Positions 25,316-36,845 of a DNA stretch of 64,000 nt are shown here, piece after piece. Made by a program: the position numbers and the translations under genes. The notes under the pieces are model-generated. The model worked only from the letters and a program-made list of their open reading frames with translations, was not told the DNA's origin and ran no database searches. Each line of letters opens with the position of its first letter. Position 1 is the first letter of the stretch. Origin of the DNA: Saprolegnia diclina VS20 (taxonomy: Eukaryota); assembly GCF_000281045.1 (NCBI RefSeq), contig NW_008246076.1:62001-126000 (forward strand), read 5' to 3'.

Positions 25316-25996
25316 TGGATTTGTGCCCACCCAACACCACCAAACGACACGACTGCCAGTCCGCACCGGACGCAGTAGGACACGCGGCCGATCCTCCGGC
25401 CCGCGACGACGCTCGACCACCCGAGCCGTAGAGTAGTACGCCCGCGCTGCCACCTTTGCATTATAGAACTTAGACGCACAATGTACTAGTACATGGTATC
25501 ACCACGTCGATGTTTCATAGCCACGCGGCTGAAAATGGTCAAATGTGTCTGTTGCAGCGCAGACGATCGGGCGGCGCACGATGGTGCGTCGTGAGAATGT
25601 GCAGCTGCGCGGCCCCATCATCGTTGAAGGCCGCGGTCGGTAACGCGCTTCGAATCGGTCCCGACATGTCGCATGCCAGGTCGGACAAATGACCGCAGCT
25701 GGTGGCACGCCTATCATCGCTACGACGGACAGTGCTGTCCGTCGTGAGCTGCGACACACGACCTGCCCTGTTTCGATGCCAGTCCTGTGGCTCCTGTCGC
25801 TGCATTCGCCACGTCTACTGAATCGCCAAGCGGGTGCAAGTCCGCCGTCGACGACGTCGCGCAACCGGGCACCTGCACTTCGCATCATGCGCGAGCTGCT
25901 GGCATCCAGGAAGACGATGGACCACATCGTAGCCGTGTCGGCAGACTCTTTTTGTGTGGTGTTTATAGACAAGTTGTACATTGGCACTTGATATCT

Positions 25997-28900
25997 CTAG
26001 GCATCTTCCGGTCCGGCGCCACTCTCATCGTCGCGCGGTGGCGACTGGAGGAGCGCGCCTTCTGAGACCGCGCCTTCTTGCTGGCGCGACGCCATCGCCT
26101 TGTACTCAAGCGCCTCCTCCTTGCGCCCCAGCGTCTCCAACAAGGCCACGCAGCGCGAGAGCAGGTCGGCGCGCGCTTCCATGCTCTCGCAGCTCGACAG
26201 CGCCTGTTGGTACTCAACGAGCGCAGTCTCGGCGCAATTTTGCGCTGAGAGCACGTCCGCCAACGTCTTGCGCGTCAACGACGAGTCTTGCGCACGCAGT
26301 GACCGCCGGAGGAGGCTCTCAGCGATCTCGAGCTTGTCGAGCGCCACAAACCCGTTGCTGATTTCACGCAGCAGCGTCGGGTTCTACACGAAATGTCGAT
26401 ACCCTAACCCTCGAAATAAAGTCGAGAGACGTACGCCGAGGTTGTAGCGCAACGCTTGCTGCAAGGCTTGCTCGGCTTGCAACGGGCGAGGGGTCGGGCC
26501 GTGGAGGCACACAAGCGAGAGGTAGCCCCAGACGTCGGCGTTGGTGTTGTCGAGGATGTTGGCCTCGGCCAAAGCCATCTCCGCGCCTTCCCAGTCTTCC
26601 TGGCGCACGCACACGACACCGACACCGAGCCACGACGACGCGTTCGAAGCCTCGTCCACCGACGTCAAGAAGATGCTCTTGGCGTCCGTCCATTGCTGGT
26701 GGTGCATGTACAGCGCCCCGAGTTGGAGAAACAGAGGCAAATGGTACTCGTGACGGAGGTGCGTCACGTGCGCGACCGCGTACTCAAAACACGTGATAGC
26801 GTCGCGAAGTTGCGACTGCCGGCTGCACACGACGCCTTGCAGGTACCACGCATCGGCGAGCGTCGCGTCTTTGGCGACCGCCTCTTGCAAACTGGCCCGC
26901 GCGCCCTAGTATCATAGTACATTGTCGTCGACCAAACAATGGACAATGCTTACGTCCAGGTCGCCGTTGTGAAGCTGGGTGGATGCCTGTACAAAGCGCT
27001 CGGTGGACCACATGAGGCTCGTGTACACCGTCTTGGGCTTGCGCAGCGCGGCGCCGAGCTCGAGGGCGACCCGCGCGAGGTCGTCAAGTCGCAGTTCACT
27101 CAGATACGCTGCAATGTCGATGCAAACAGCGGTCGGGGTGGCAAAGGCCGCCGACTTTTGCGTCGAGAGCGCTTGCATGAGCTCGTGGAGACGCAGATTT
27201 CCGGTGCCGTCCATGCCCGATGTGGTGTAGTAGATCGCGAGAAGCGCATGGCTGCGCGCGCGGATGGCCGGTGGCGCATGGCTATCGTCTTGCAGCAGCA
27301 AGAGGCCGTTCTTGAGCACAATGTCGGCGCCGTCAAAGTCGCGATACGAACACAAGAGCGCGCCGTAGGCCTGGACAGCACCAATGTGCTGCTGGTCGGT
27401 GGCGATGCAATCCCGGAGGCAGTCGGCGGCTAGGGGTAGGTGGTTTATACGGACGATTCAGAGTGCCATGTACCTTTGTCGTACGAGCCCGTGCGTAGGT
27501 GGAAGAGCGCCAAATCCATCCAAATGTCGGCTTGGTACCCGCCCAGACCTGCTGCGTGCTTGGCGGAGAGCGCGATGCGGTCCATGTGACAGGTCACGGC
27601 CTTGGGGAGGTGGCCGTTGACCTCGTTCTCCCAGGCGAGGCGGGCGAGCGACTGGAGCTGGGCGCGGACGACGTCGGGCGTCACGCTGGTCGTCGCTTCG
27701 AGGAGGTTCATCGTGCTCTCTTCGCTTTGCGCCGCGCAGAAAACATGGTTCAGGACCACATGCACCTACGTTGAAGTTGGAAAAGGTTGCGTGCGTTGAG
27801 ATAGAGCGCGACCTCCTCCATGAGGTACGCGTAGAGCTCGGCGTAAAAGGTCGTCTTGGCTTGGCGCACGCCATTCTCCGCAGCGCCCAACGGGTCAGCG
27901 TGGGACGGGAACGCGGCGACGATCGCGGGGTAGCGCTCGCGGATCACGAGCACGAGCGCCTTTTTGAGTTTTTCTTTAAACTCAAAGTAAATGCCGTTGG
28001 CGTTGAGATGGAAGAGCAGCTTGTGGCGCCGGTCTTCCTTGGAGAGCGCGTACTCGTCCGACTAGAAACCAGCGACATGTCATGTTGCAACTAACTAAAC
28101 ATGCACGTACGTCGTCGGGCAACGCAAAGAGGCCATCGTACTCCTTCATGAGAACCGCCAGAATCTTGCGCACTTCCTTGCGCATCGTCGCCGTTGCTTC
28201 GTGGGTTTGATACGCCGGCAGCGGCGGCCGCGGCGGAATGTACTCGGCCATCGACTTGGTCGGCGGTAGCGGCACTGGCGGTAGCGGCACGAGAGCGTGT
28301 GGGTACACGGTTGCCTCGAGCGAGGCCGCCGACCCGGCGCTGACGTAGATGGCCGCGTGGCCTAGTACAAAACGATTAGACAAACGACTAGACGCGCACA
28401 TACCTGCGATGCGCGTCAATAAGTTCTCATAGTCGTTGAGTGCCGCTTGCGCTTTCTTCTTCTCGTCGTTGTTGGCTGCTTTGGCCAGCGCTTCTTCGAG
28501 CGTTTCCCGCGCCGGCGCCGTGCCTAATGTGATACTTGCACACCAAAATTGTCATGTAAACGCTGGACGACCTTTGCGCAGCGGCTCGCAAAGCGTGATG
28601 CTCGCCGTGCCCGGCGTCAGAAAGGCGTCCAGTGCAAACTGCGCGGTCGCCTGCCATACGTCAGTGCCAAGCGTCCGCGTGAGACTCATCGTGACAAGGC
28701 GCCCAGACTCGATCGCGTCCACGAGTGCGTCCGTGCCTTCCTAGAAACAGTATACTTATCGAAGTATCGCAACAGGCCACGAGATACCTTGTCCAGTGGC
28801 ATGATGAGCGGGCTCTCGAGCGGGAAGCGCACAAGCCATGCGGCGTCCGGGTCCGTCGCGGTCGCGTCGTAGCTGAGCCGGCCGTCCAGCACAAACGTCA

Positions 28901-29597
28901 TCTCGGCCATGGCAGACGACAGTGCAACGGGCAGCTTCAACGCGACGGAGCACTTGGTGGTATTTTCGTCGCAGAGCTTTTGCGGATCGTCGCCGTCCTT
29001 GAGGACCGGTCGCCACTCGGTCGGGAGGCGGTGGACCTGCACGGACGCGATGGCCAGCACCTTGATGTGATGAAAGTACGAGACAAAGCTCATGTCAAAG
29101 GCCAACGTGCACTCGACCGACGCCGTCGGAAAGGCAAGGCGACTCGTCGACGGGACGCCGACAAAAAGACACGGCAAGAAGGCATATGTGGCCGCGCCGA
29201 GCAGCACGTCCGTGTCTCGCTCGCGCGTGTAGCCGCTGTAGAGCTCTACGTGCACGCTCGCCTTGGCGAGCGCCGGGACGAGGCCCTCGTCGGTGAGCTC
29301 GAACGGACGCGAGGCCTGCGCAAAGCCGAATACCGGCGGCTCGCTGTCCGAAGCTGGCGAGAGCTGCAGCACGTTGGTCGCGACCTTGCGCTTGTGCTCG
29401 TCACTGGCCGGGTACCACCACGTTGTGTTGAGGTCTTTGCCGCTGCGCACGCTAACCGCGCACCAGAAGGACGGCGGCGCGTCACTCTCGGCGGGCGGCG
29501 CGTCGCCCTGCAGCACGAGTTGGCCAAGCGCAATCGTAAACGTGCCCATGGGCGGCGGCGTCGACGGCGGCGACGGTGCTGGCGCTTCGTCGGCCAT
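25997..29597 (-). CDS. CFAP70: TPR protein, CFAP70/TTC18-like (multi-exon)
   Basis: C-terminal TPRs with 'SWLGVGVVC..AEMALAEANILDNTNADVWGYLSLVCL', recalled as characteristic of CFAP70; N-terminal C2-like regions. Confidence 0.75.
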
Positions 29598-30692
29598 ATT
29601 CCGCGCGACCTTTCGACAAGTGCTGGATCTTACGTGGACCATGGGCGCGAACTCGAGGTGCGCGCACCTGCTCACGGTATCGTATCAATGTATCGAGTTG
29701 GCACCAAAGATCCAGCATCTGGGTTTGACCCCATACCGCTGCAGCGAGTACGTCGGTGACGACGCTCTCGGGGTACGGGTTATTAAAGAGGGCGTGGTGC
29801 CCTAACATGCATACGGCGCTCTGTTGATCTTCGTGAAGTCACGGTAATGTGTGTGGCTTCCTGGAGCGGCTTGGGTACTATTATAACTGTTAGTAAAAAT
29901 TGAGATCACTTCATAATACATTGGATGGACAAATAAAGCGCTGAAACGTCGAAATTATGTGTGCAGTTGAGAGGAACTTTTGTTTTTGTCAAAGTCGATA
30001 CAAAGTTTGATGCTGTGTCTAGTCAGCTCCTTGCATTGACGCGACATGGTGGATCTTCCATCGCAAAATTCGTTGAAAATGGCAACACCTACTAGTACGC
30101 TGTGAGAAGTGGACGTGAGCCGGTCACATCTCTGCAACGGTGCTCCTTGGCGACATGCGAGTCTCAACGATGAGAAATTTTCCACCAGTCTCTGCGGGAA
30201 GACGAAGACCAACTACGACATGCTCCACAACGCGATCCCGATAGCAATTTGTGAGAGTGCAACGTCGCGTCCGGTTGAGATCTAGCAATGTCGAGTGAGA
30301 TACTCGATTCATGCACCCCCTGGACTGTCCACAGGATAAATCCATTTTGACCAAGTTTGACGCTCGAGTATCCGATGAGTAGATAGATACTCTATCGACG
30401 AGCTTTATCTCGTGCACAGATCCCCTAACCTGTTAGAAATGTCCATTATTGTCAGCCGCAGGGCCATGGCCAACGCTGTGGATTTCCGTAGCCACATGTC
30501 GTTTTTAAAATTATCGTCGACTCTCTTTCGAAATGTATGCAATAGAATAAAATAGGATATGGACACACATGTCCCACAACCATGTCCACGACGTCGCTAC
30601 TAGCTCATGTCGGCTGGCGGTGACGTGAAAATGAACCTCACGTGAGGTTCATTTTCATTTTCAACCTCCAGCCAACAACACTTTTATCAAGA

Positions 30693-31307
30693 ATGGGCGC
30701 CAGCATGTCGTCGGAAGAGTACCGAGCGGTGCGGCTTGTCCCGCAGTCCAACTTTGTCGCGATTGACCGCAAGTTTACGGCCCCCCGCGTCGTGACGCTG
30801 GACATGAAGGGCCAGATCTGGACATGGTCGGGCCAGGACTTTCACATCCGCGATGCTGACACTGGTGACGTGTACTTTCGCCTCGACGCCAAGGCCTTCT
30901 CGCTCCGCGAGCGCAAAATCCTCCGCGACAACCGCGGCAATGTGGTCGCTGTGACCAAAGAGGACCTCATCTCGTTCACGCTCACGCAGCGCGTGTACTC
31001 GAGCGAGGCGACCGACCACGAGCTCCTCGCGATCAAAACGCGCCTCAAGTTGGGCTATCCCGAGCTCGAGTGCAGCGTCCGAAACCTCTCGACCGGTCGA
31101 GTGCACGAGCTGCGCTGCAAGGGCGACTGGACGTCCCGCAGAGCGATCATCTCGATCGACAATGGAGTCGTCATCGCCAAATTGCGCCAACCGCTCGAAT
31201 TTGGTGGCGCGCGGTACCTCGTGGATGTCGCGCCGGGCGTCGACATTGCGCTCGTGACGCTCGTGTGCATCGCGATGGACGAAGACGAGCGTCACCGCCG
31301 CAACTAA
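30693..31307 (+). CDS. LURP-one-related / tubby-C-like (LOR, scramblase fold) protein
   Basis: WSGQDFHIRD..YFRLDAKAFSLRERKILRD..KGDW..YLVDVAPGVDIALVTLVCIAMDE. Confidence 0.9.
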   Translation: MGASMSSEEYRAVRLVPQSNFVAIDRKFTAPRVVTLDMKGQIWTWSGQDFHIRDADTGDVYFRLDAKAFSLRERKILRDNRGNVVAVTKEDLISFTLTQRVYSSEATDHELLAIKTRLKLGYPELECSVRNLSTGRVHELRCKGDWTSRRAIISIDNGVVIAKLRQPLEFGGARYLVDVAPGVDIALVTLVCIAMDEDERHRRN

Positions 31308-31349
31308 GTTTTATTTCTTATTATCGTTTCTGATCATAACGTCATTTGT

Positions 31350-31700
31350 CTTTGTTGAAAAAAACGCTCAACTCGTACGTTTGCGCGCCGCACACGTCAG
31401 CGTCAACGCCAGTGTCGGCCGCCGCCACGAGGTGCATCGTGGATCGACCTTGGCGCCAACAGGCCCGTCCAGGGGTATAATTATATACTCGTGGGCCCGT
31501 CCTCGCTGTCGATGAGAACGCTGTGGCGCGCGAGACCGAGTCCGGGTTGAAGCACAAGACCGAAGTACACGTCGCACCTCGCACTAGTATTGTTCGAAAG
31601 AGGCATGTTTGCGATACTTGATCGTAAACAATGCGGCGACGCCTCTGCAACCAGTGGCGCATCGAATAGATAGAAAATGAAGTTCGTTTTGACGAGATTG
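31350..31700 (-). pseudogene. Degenerate LOR pseudogene related to 32582-33280
   Basis: 'ttgcgatacttgatcgtaaacaatg' near 31609 is identical to the stretch near 32923; remnant 'ADTGVDADVC' resembles 'DGVDTGVVTLMC'; no intact frame. Confidence 0.65.
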
Positions 31701-31913
31701 GATTCATTTGCCCAGGTCATTTATATTCCCATTGGATTTTATGGCACATGGACCAGTGTCCATGAGCCGGTGCGTCGTGTCCACATGTGATTTTTTAAAT
31801 GTCTCTGAAAATGTATGCAATAGAATACACCACACAACAAACAGATGTCCCACCACGGGCGCACGCGAGGCTGTTGAGGTTCATTTTCGCATTGCCCTCG
31901 CAACAGTATCAAC

Positions 31914-32495
31914 ATGGGTGTCTGCATGTCGTCCGAAGAGTTTAGCGCCTTACCGCTCGTGCCGCAGTCCAACTTTGTCGCGATCGACCACACATTCACG
32001 GCCCCCCGCGTCGTAACGCTGGACGTCAAGTGCCAGATCTGGTCAAGTTTGGGCAAGGACTTTCTCATCCGCGATGCTGATACTGGCGAGGTGTACTTTC
32101 GTCTCGAGGCCAAAGACTCCTCGTTCCACGACCAAAAAGTCCTCCGCGACAACCGCGGGAACGTGGTCGCTGTGACCAAGGAAGACCTCCGCGAGTACAC
32201 GCAGCACGTGTACTCGAGCGAAGCAACCGACCACGAGCTCCTTGCTATCAAAGCGCGCCACAATGTGGGCTATCCCGAGCTCGGGTGCAGCGTTCGAAAC
32301 CTCTCGACAGGACGCGTGCACGAGCTGCGCTGCAAGGGCGCCTGGACACACCGCGCGATCATCTCGATCGACGGCGGCGTTGTCATTGCCAAGATAGACC
32401 AAAAGTTTGACCTCGGCGGGGTCCGATACTCGGTGGAAGTCGCACCAGGCGTCGACCTTGCACTCATGACATTGGTGTGCATCGCCATGGACTAA
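31914..32495 (+). CDS. LOR / tubby-C-like protein, close paralog of 30693-31307
   Basis: Long identical blocks with the upstream paralog; ends at CIAMD*. Confidence 0.88.
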   Translation: MGVCMSSEEFSALPLVPQSNFVAIDHTFTAPRVVTLDVKCQIWSSLGKDFLIRDADTGEVYFRLEAKDSSFHDQKVLRDNRGNVVAVTKEDLREYTQHVYSSEATDHELLAIKARHNVGYPELGCSVRNLSTGRVHELRCKGAWTHRAIISIDGGVVIAKIDQKFDLGGVRYSVEVAPGVDLALMTLVCIAMD

Positions 32496-32581
32496 GACCA
32501 TGGACTAAGACCACACTCGCAACTTGTCTCAACTTTTGAATTGTGATTATCCTATTGAAATATTGCTTTTGTTGGAGCATT

Positions 32582-33280
32582 TTACAGCAGAGTTGTAAGA
32601 GCAAGACCCCCATACATGGCGCCGAGGAAGCCAACAAGACCGCGAAACACCCAATCCGCTCGCTTGCGCGTCTCTTCGTCCATGGCCGCACACATCAATG
32701 TGACGACGCCAGTGTCGACGCCATCCGCGACGACGATCTCATACCGGTTGGCCAACCGCCACGTGAACGGTTGGTGCACCTTGGCAAGAATCGGTCCGTC
32801 GTCGCCGTCGGTGAGGACGCTGCGGCGCGTGAGAACGTTGAAAGGTTGGAGCACGAGGAGGTGTGTCTCGCCCGTGACGTGGTTGCGCAATTCGCACTCT
32901 TGTTGGTGAAACGACGCATTTTTGCGATACTTGATCGTAAACAATGGCGCGTCGTCGTCCGTGCGTTCGTAGACCATTTGCTCGTTGAAAAATGAGTACG
33001 GGTGGAGCTTCATAAGCGCGACGGGGCGGCTCGCCGCGTCAAGAAGCGTCCGCTTGTTGGGAAACGAGTACCGGTGGACTTGAATTCGGGCGACGAGCGT
33101 TCCCTTTGTGTCGTCGCGCACGGTAAAATCGCGGCCCGGCCACGACCAGCGCTGGGCTTGCAGCACGAGGCGCGTTCGCTCGGTGATAGGAAACGACCCG
33201 AACACTTTGAAGTGGGCCGACTTTGCGAGTTGGAGCGCGTCAAAGGCTTGCTTGGACTGGAAAAAGCGAATGAGCGACAT
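32582..33280 (-). CDS. LOR / tubby-C-like protein with C-terminal hydrophobic tail
   Basis: WPGRDFTVRD..KRTLLDA..YEIVVADGVDTGVVTLMCAAMDE followed by a TM-like tail. Confidence 0.85.
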   Translation of the reverse strand: MSLIRFFQSKQAFDALQLAKSAHFKVFGSFPITERTRLVLQAQRWSWPGRDFTVRDDTKGTLVARIQVHRYSFPNKRTLLDAASRPVALMKLHPYSFFNEQMVYERTDDDAPLFTIKYRKNASFHQQECELRNHVTGETHLLVLQPFNVLTRRSVLTDGDDGPILAKVHQPFTWRLANRYEIVVADGVDTGVVTLMCAAMDEETRKRADWVFRGLVGFLGAMYGGLALTTLL

Positions 33281-33730
33281 CGTGGCAAATTCTAAAATGG
33301 CGGTCGCCACTCGTCACCCAGCCGTGCACCAATCAGCATCGAGTGATGGGAGGTGTTGTGGCAATCTACCATCATTCCACGTACATTCGGAATGATGGTG
33401 CTTAAGGGCGTCACGCCAGTATGAACATTGCAGCTCGACAGGGGAGTCCAAGGCACCGAAGCTTGCATTTACCGACACAAGAAGAGCTCCATATGGAAGG
33501 TTGTGCGCTCCGGGTCAAGAGAAGATCCCATACCGTACATTCCGTGCTCTGTATTTTTTTAGCAGGCTAACGCCTGAACCACTCGGCCAAGCTGACTTTC
33601 GTATATATCCCTTGCTCTGTATGGACCACACACCGTGTGCAAGTGACTAAACCAAGCTGTTGAAGGATTCCCTCGACAAGATATGACACTGTAGATATGA
33701 CTCGAGGTGTACGGTGCGGTTGTGATAGCG

Positions 33731-34411
33731 TCACGCATCAAATAGTCGCATGGCATAAGCAAAGGCGACGAGCGCCCACGTGACGTGGACCGACATCACT
33801 GCTCGCATGCGCACTTCGTCCATGCCCAGGCACAGGAGCGTGACAAGGCCGGCGTCAACGCCGTCGGCCACTTGCATCTCGTACCAGCCATTGGAGCGCA
33901 AGAGACTGGTCGGAAGGTGTTCTTGGATTCTGGCGAGCACGGGGCCGTCATGACCGTCGGTAAGGATGCTCCAGCCATTCTCTTCCGGTAGCTCCTGCAG
34001 CACGAGGTGGCGCGTGACACCCGTGGCCGTGTCGAGCACTCGACACTTCCGCACGTTGTTGCGACACTCGATCGTCATCAATGGTGTCGGGGTGCCGTCT
34101 ACGATGGTGTAGACGTAGTAGTCCTTGGAGAAGACACTGGGTCGCTTGATCAAGGCGACGGGCTTCTTGTCGGTATCGACGAGCGTCGAAACGAAGCGGT
34201 CGTGCGCTTGGATCGTGGCGACCGGCCGCCCGTCGACCTTTGTGGGGGACAACGTGTAGTCGCCCGGTGGCCAGAATCGGCGCTGGCCGTGCAGAGTGAG
34301 GCGTCTTGCCTCGGATGAAGCCAGTGACGGGAACACTGCAATGTTGGCGGCGGTGGCGAGCGGCCGAGGGACACTGGCGAGCTTGGGTCGGAAAAAACGC
34401 AGAAACGACAT
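33731..34411 (-). CDS. LOR / tubby-C-like protein with C-terminal hydrophobic tail
   Basis: YEMQVADGVDAGLVTLLCLGMDE followed by a TM-like tail; paralog of 32582-33280. Confidence 0.82.
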   Translation of the reverse strand: MSFLRFFRPKLASVPRPLATAANIAVFPSLASSEARRLTLHGQRRFWPPGDYTLSPTKVDGRPVATIQAHDRFVSTLVDTDKKPVALIKRPSVFSKDYYVYTIVDGTPTPLMTIECRNNVRKCRVLDTATGVTRHLVLQELPEENGWSILTDGHDGPVLARIQEHLPTSLLRSNGWYEMQVADGVDAGLVTLLCLGMDEVRMRAVMSVHVTWALVAFAYAMRLFDA

Positions 34412-34723
34412 GCCAAGGTAAATTAAGAAATGAGAAAACTGATTGTTTGAGTGCAGCGGATTGTGAGAATTCAGAGCATTTGAATGGTGGTCGAGTTGTC
34501 AGTGTGGTACACCACTCGGATACTCGGATACCTCTTCATACTTCATTGAGGGACTCGTAAGCTCACTTGAATATTGATATTGAGAGCCGTTCACCAATAC
34601 CACTTTTTTCAGTCACCTCGACGGCTTGTCATGGTCCGGCACATTGTTGTGGTGGTTTCCTCAAACGAAAGTACACATATATTATGTACAATATAGGCAT
34701 GTATTGCTCGCTCAAGATTGTTC

Positions 34724-35332
34724 CTACTGGAGCAAGCAGAGACCCAGCGTCGCGCCAAGAAGTGCGACAACCCGACCATGGACGGCGTCTGTGCCGCTCG
34801 CCTTTGTCGGCGTCGGTGTCGTGGTCATCGGCATGGTCATCGGCATGCTCGACGCCTTCGCCAAGTCGGTTGCTGACAACGTCACCAGCTTGCCGTCCAC
34901 CATGACGTCATTCGCAATCGAGATGCACTTGAGCTCGGGCGTGCCGTCGTCGATGCCGGTGAGCGTCGCGTTGAAGCCCGTCTTGCCGTAGTTGCGCGCG
35001 GCCATACCGTACTTGATGGCGAGCGCCGTGCCGTCGGTGCCGAGCTGGTACTTGACCGTGTAGTTGGCGCCTGGCGCCGAAGGCGGCGACAAGATCGAGT
35101 AGCCCGACTCGGTGCACGCCGTGAGGTCGACGAGGCAGTGGATCGAGTGGACCTCGGGGTGCTGCAGCGTCAGCGTCGTGGGGTTGTCGACCATGACGCC
35201 GCGCGTGATGCAAAAGTTGTCCATGATGAAACCAGAGAGCGTGACGTTCTTGCCGGTGGCAGCACACGCGGCGTGGGCCGACGAGAGGGCGGCCGAGAGA
35301 ATGACGAGAGCGGTCGAGAGGCGGGAGAGCAT
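34724..35332 (-). CDS. Secreted, probably GPI-anchored Cys/His-motif protein (copy A)
   Basis: Signal peptide, GFIMDNFC..HSIHCLVDLTAC, Thr/Pro/Met linker and hydrophobic C-terminus. Confidence 0.85.
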   Translation of the reverse strand: MLSRLSTALVILSAALSSAHAACAATGKNVTLSGFIMDNFCITRGVMVDNPTTLTLQHPEVHSIHCLVDLTACTESGYSILSPPSAPGANYTVKYQLGTDGTALAIKYGMAARNYGKTGFNATLTGIDDGTPELKCISIANDVMVDGKLVTLSATDLAKASSMPMTMPMTTTPTPTKASGTDAVHGRVVALLGATLGLCLLQ

Positions 35333-36338
35333 GTTGCTTGCGTCGGGAATTGAAAAGTGAGCTTTTGCATAATATGCAATCGTTCGTCTCGCTTGTGATC
35401 GAGAGGATAATGTCTCGTGTTTCGTACGTTTGGACCAGGGGTACTATTATATGTACCCATGGTTTGGGCCAAGTCGCAATTGGAGCTCCTCGGAACAAAT
35501 GCCTAATTTTGGAAATTGTGTTCAGTTTCGTATATTCTGAGAATTCACACCAACAAACTCAGTGTGCACCCGATGGGCAATCACGTCGAGATCGGAGTTC
35601 CTCGGAACGCCACTGCACGCAACCGCAACCCTATGACCTCGTACGACAACAAAGAACAGTGTCCCTAATAGTCTACGGTGTAAGATACACAGCAGAGCGT
35701 GCATATTATGCAAAAGCTCACTTTTCAATTCCCGACGCAAGCAACATGCTCTCCCGCCTCTCGACCGCTCTCGTCATTCTCTCGGCCGCCCTCTCGTCGG
35801 CCCACGCCGCGTGTGCTGCCACCGGCAAGAACGTCACGCTCTCTGGTTTCATCATGGACAACTTTTGCATCACGCGCGGCGTCATGGTCGACAACCCCAC
35901 GACGCTGACGCTGCAGCACCCCGAGGTCCACTCGATCCACTGCCTCGTCGACCTCACGGCGTGCACCGAGTCGGGCTACTCGATCTTGTCGCCGCCTTCG
36001 GCGCCAGGCGCCAACTACACGGTCAAGTACCAGCTCGGCACCGACGGCACGGCGCTCGCCATCAAGTACGGTATGGCCGCGCGCAACTACGGCAAGACGG
36101 GCTTCAACGCGACGCTCACCGGCATCGACGACGGCACGCCCGAGCTCAAGTGCATCTCGATTGCGAAGGACGTCATGGTGGACGGCAAGCTGGTGACGCT
36201 GTCAGCAACCGACTTGGCGAAGGCGTCGAGCATGCCGATGACCATGCCGATGACCACGACACCGACGCCGACAAAGGCGAGCGGCACAGACGCCGTCCAT
36301 GGTCGGGTTGTCGCACTTCTTGGCGCGACGCTGGGTCT
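34740..36338. repeat. Near-perfect inverted duplication: arms 34740-35378 and 35700-36338 (639 bp each), 321-bp spacer
   Basis: The arms are reverse complements; only two mismatches were noticed by eye (N/K codon and a synonymous Leu codon). Confidence 0.95.
35716..35731 (+). promoter_or_regulatory. Oomycete Inr/FPR core promoter element
   Basis: GCTCACTTTTCAATTC about 15 nt before the ATG; mirrored in the other arm, with a similar GCTCACTTTAAAATTT at 44961 before the third paralog. Confidence 0.7.
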
Positions 36339-36351
36339 TCTCCTCATCTAA
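35746..36351 (+). CDS. Secreted, probably GPI-anchored Cys/His-motif protein (copy B)
   Basis: Nearly identical to copy A except one residue and the last few codons. Confidence 0.85.
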   Translation: MLSRLSTALVILSAALSSAHAACAATGKNVTLSGFIMDNFCITRGVMVDNPTTLTLQHPEVHSIHCLVDLTACTESGYSILSPPSAPGANYTVKYQLGTDGTALAIKYGMAARNYGKTGFNATLTGIDDGTPELKCISIAKDVMVDGKLVTLSATDLAKASSMPMTMPMTTTPTPTKASGTDAVHGRVVALLGATLGLLLI

Positions 36352-36845
36352 CGAGTTGAATGACCTCTCTTTTGCATACTACCATCGATAATCTATCCCT
36401 TTATGAACCTTTACCTGTACGCACTATGGTAGTCGATTCACATGTCTATGTGAGGTTTTGGGTCATGGTCTGAGGTACTGTCGCTGTCCGATATGCTCTC
36501 TTGTACACAAATAAGGCTCAAGAGAAGAGCGACGGCGGGATACGAATGCGCGGGGCTATGTAGCTTAGGGGCACGGTGGGTCTGTTGCCAAGATGCGCTT
36601 GTGTTGATCCCCGCAGCGTCTTCTTCGTACTATGAGCATACAAACCGCAAGTTGAAAGTCGTGTTAAGTGCGCATGGGTATCGCTCCTGGGTGGAGAGTG
36701 GGTAAAGCGTACTTTAGAGGGCACTTTATTAAAATACATGACGATCTTCTCACTGCATTAAAGTATGAAACATCAACACTTTTTTCATAGCTGCGGCCGC
36801 CTGCAGAAAGGCCACATTGCCTTTTGACGGGCAAAGAAGACGACG

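Noticed and set aside
3009..34411. Apparent phosphoinositide/inositol gene cluster (GPCR-PIPK, IPK, PX, tubby-like)
   Set aside because: The genes are spread over 30 kb among unrelated genes and belong to large families, so chance is sufficient
35338..35745. N-terminal extension of the 337-aa ORF
   Set aside because: It runs through the spacer; the Inr/FPR element, signal peptide and paralog all place the start at 35746
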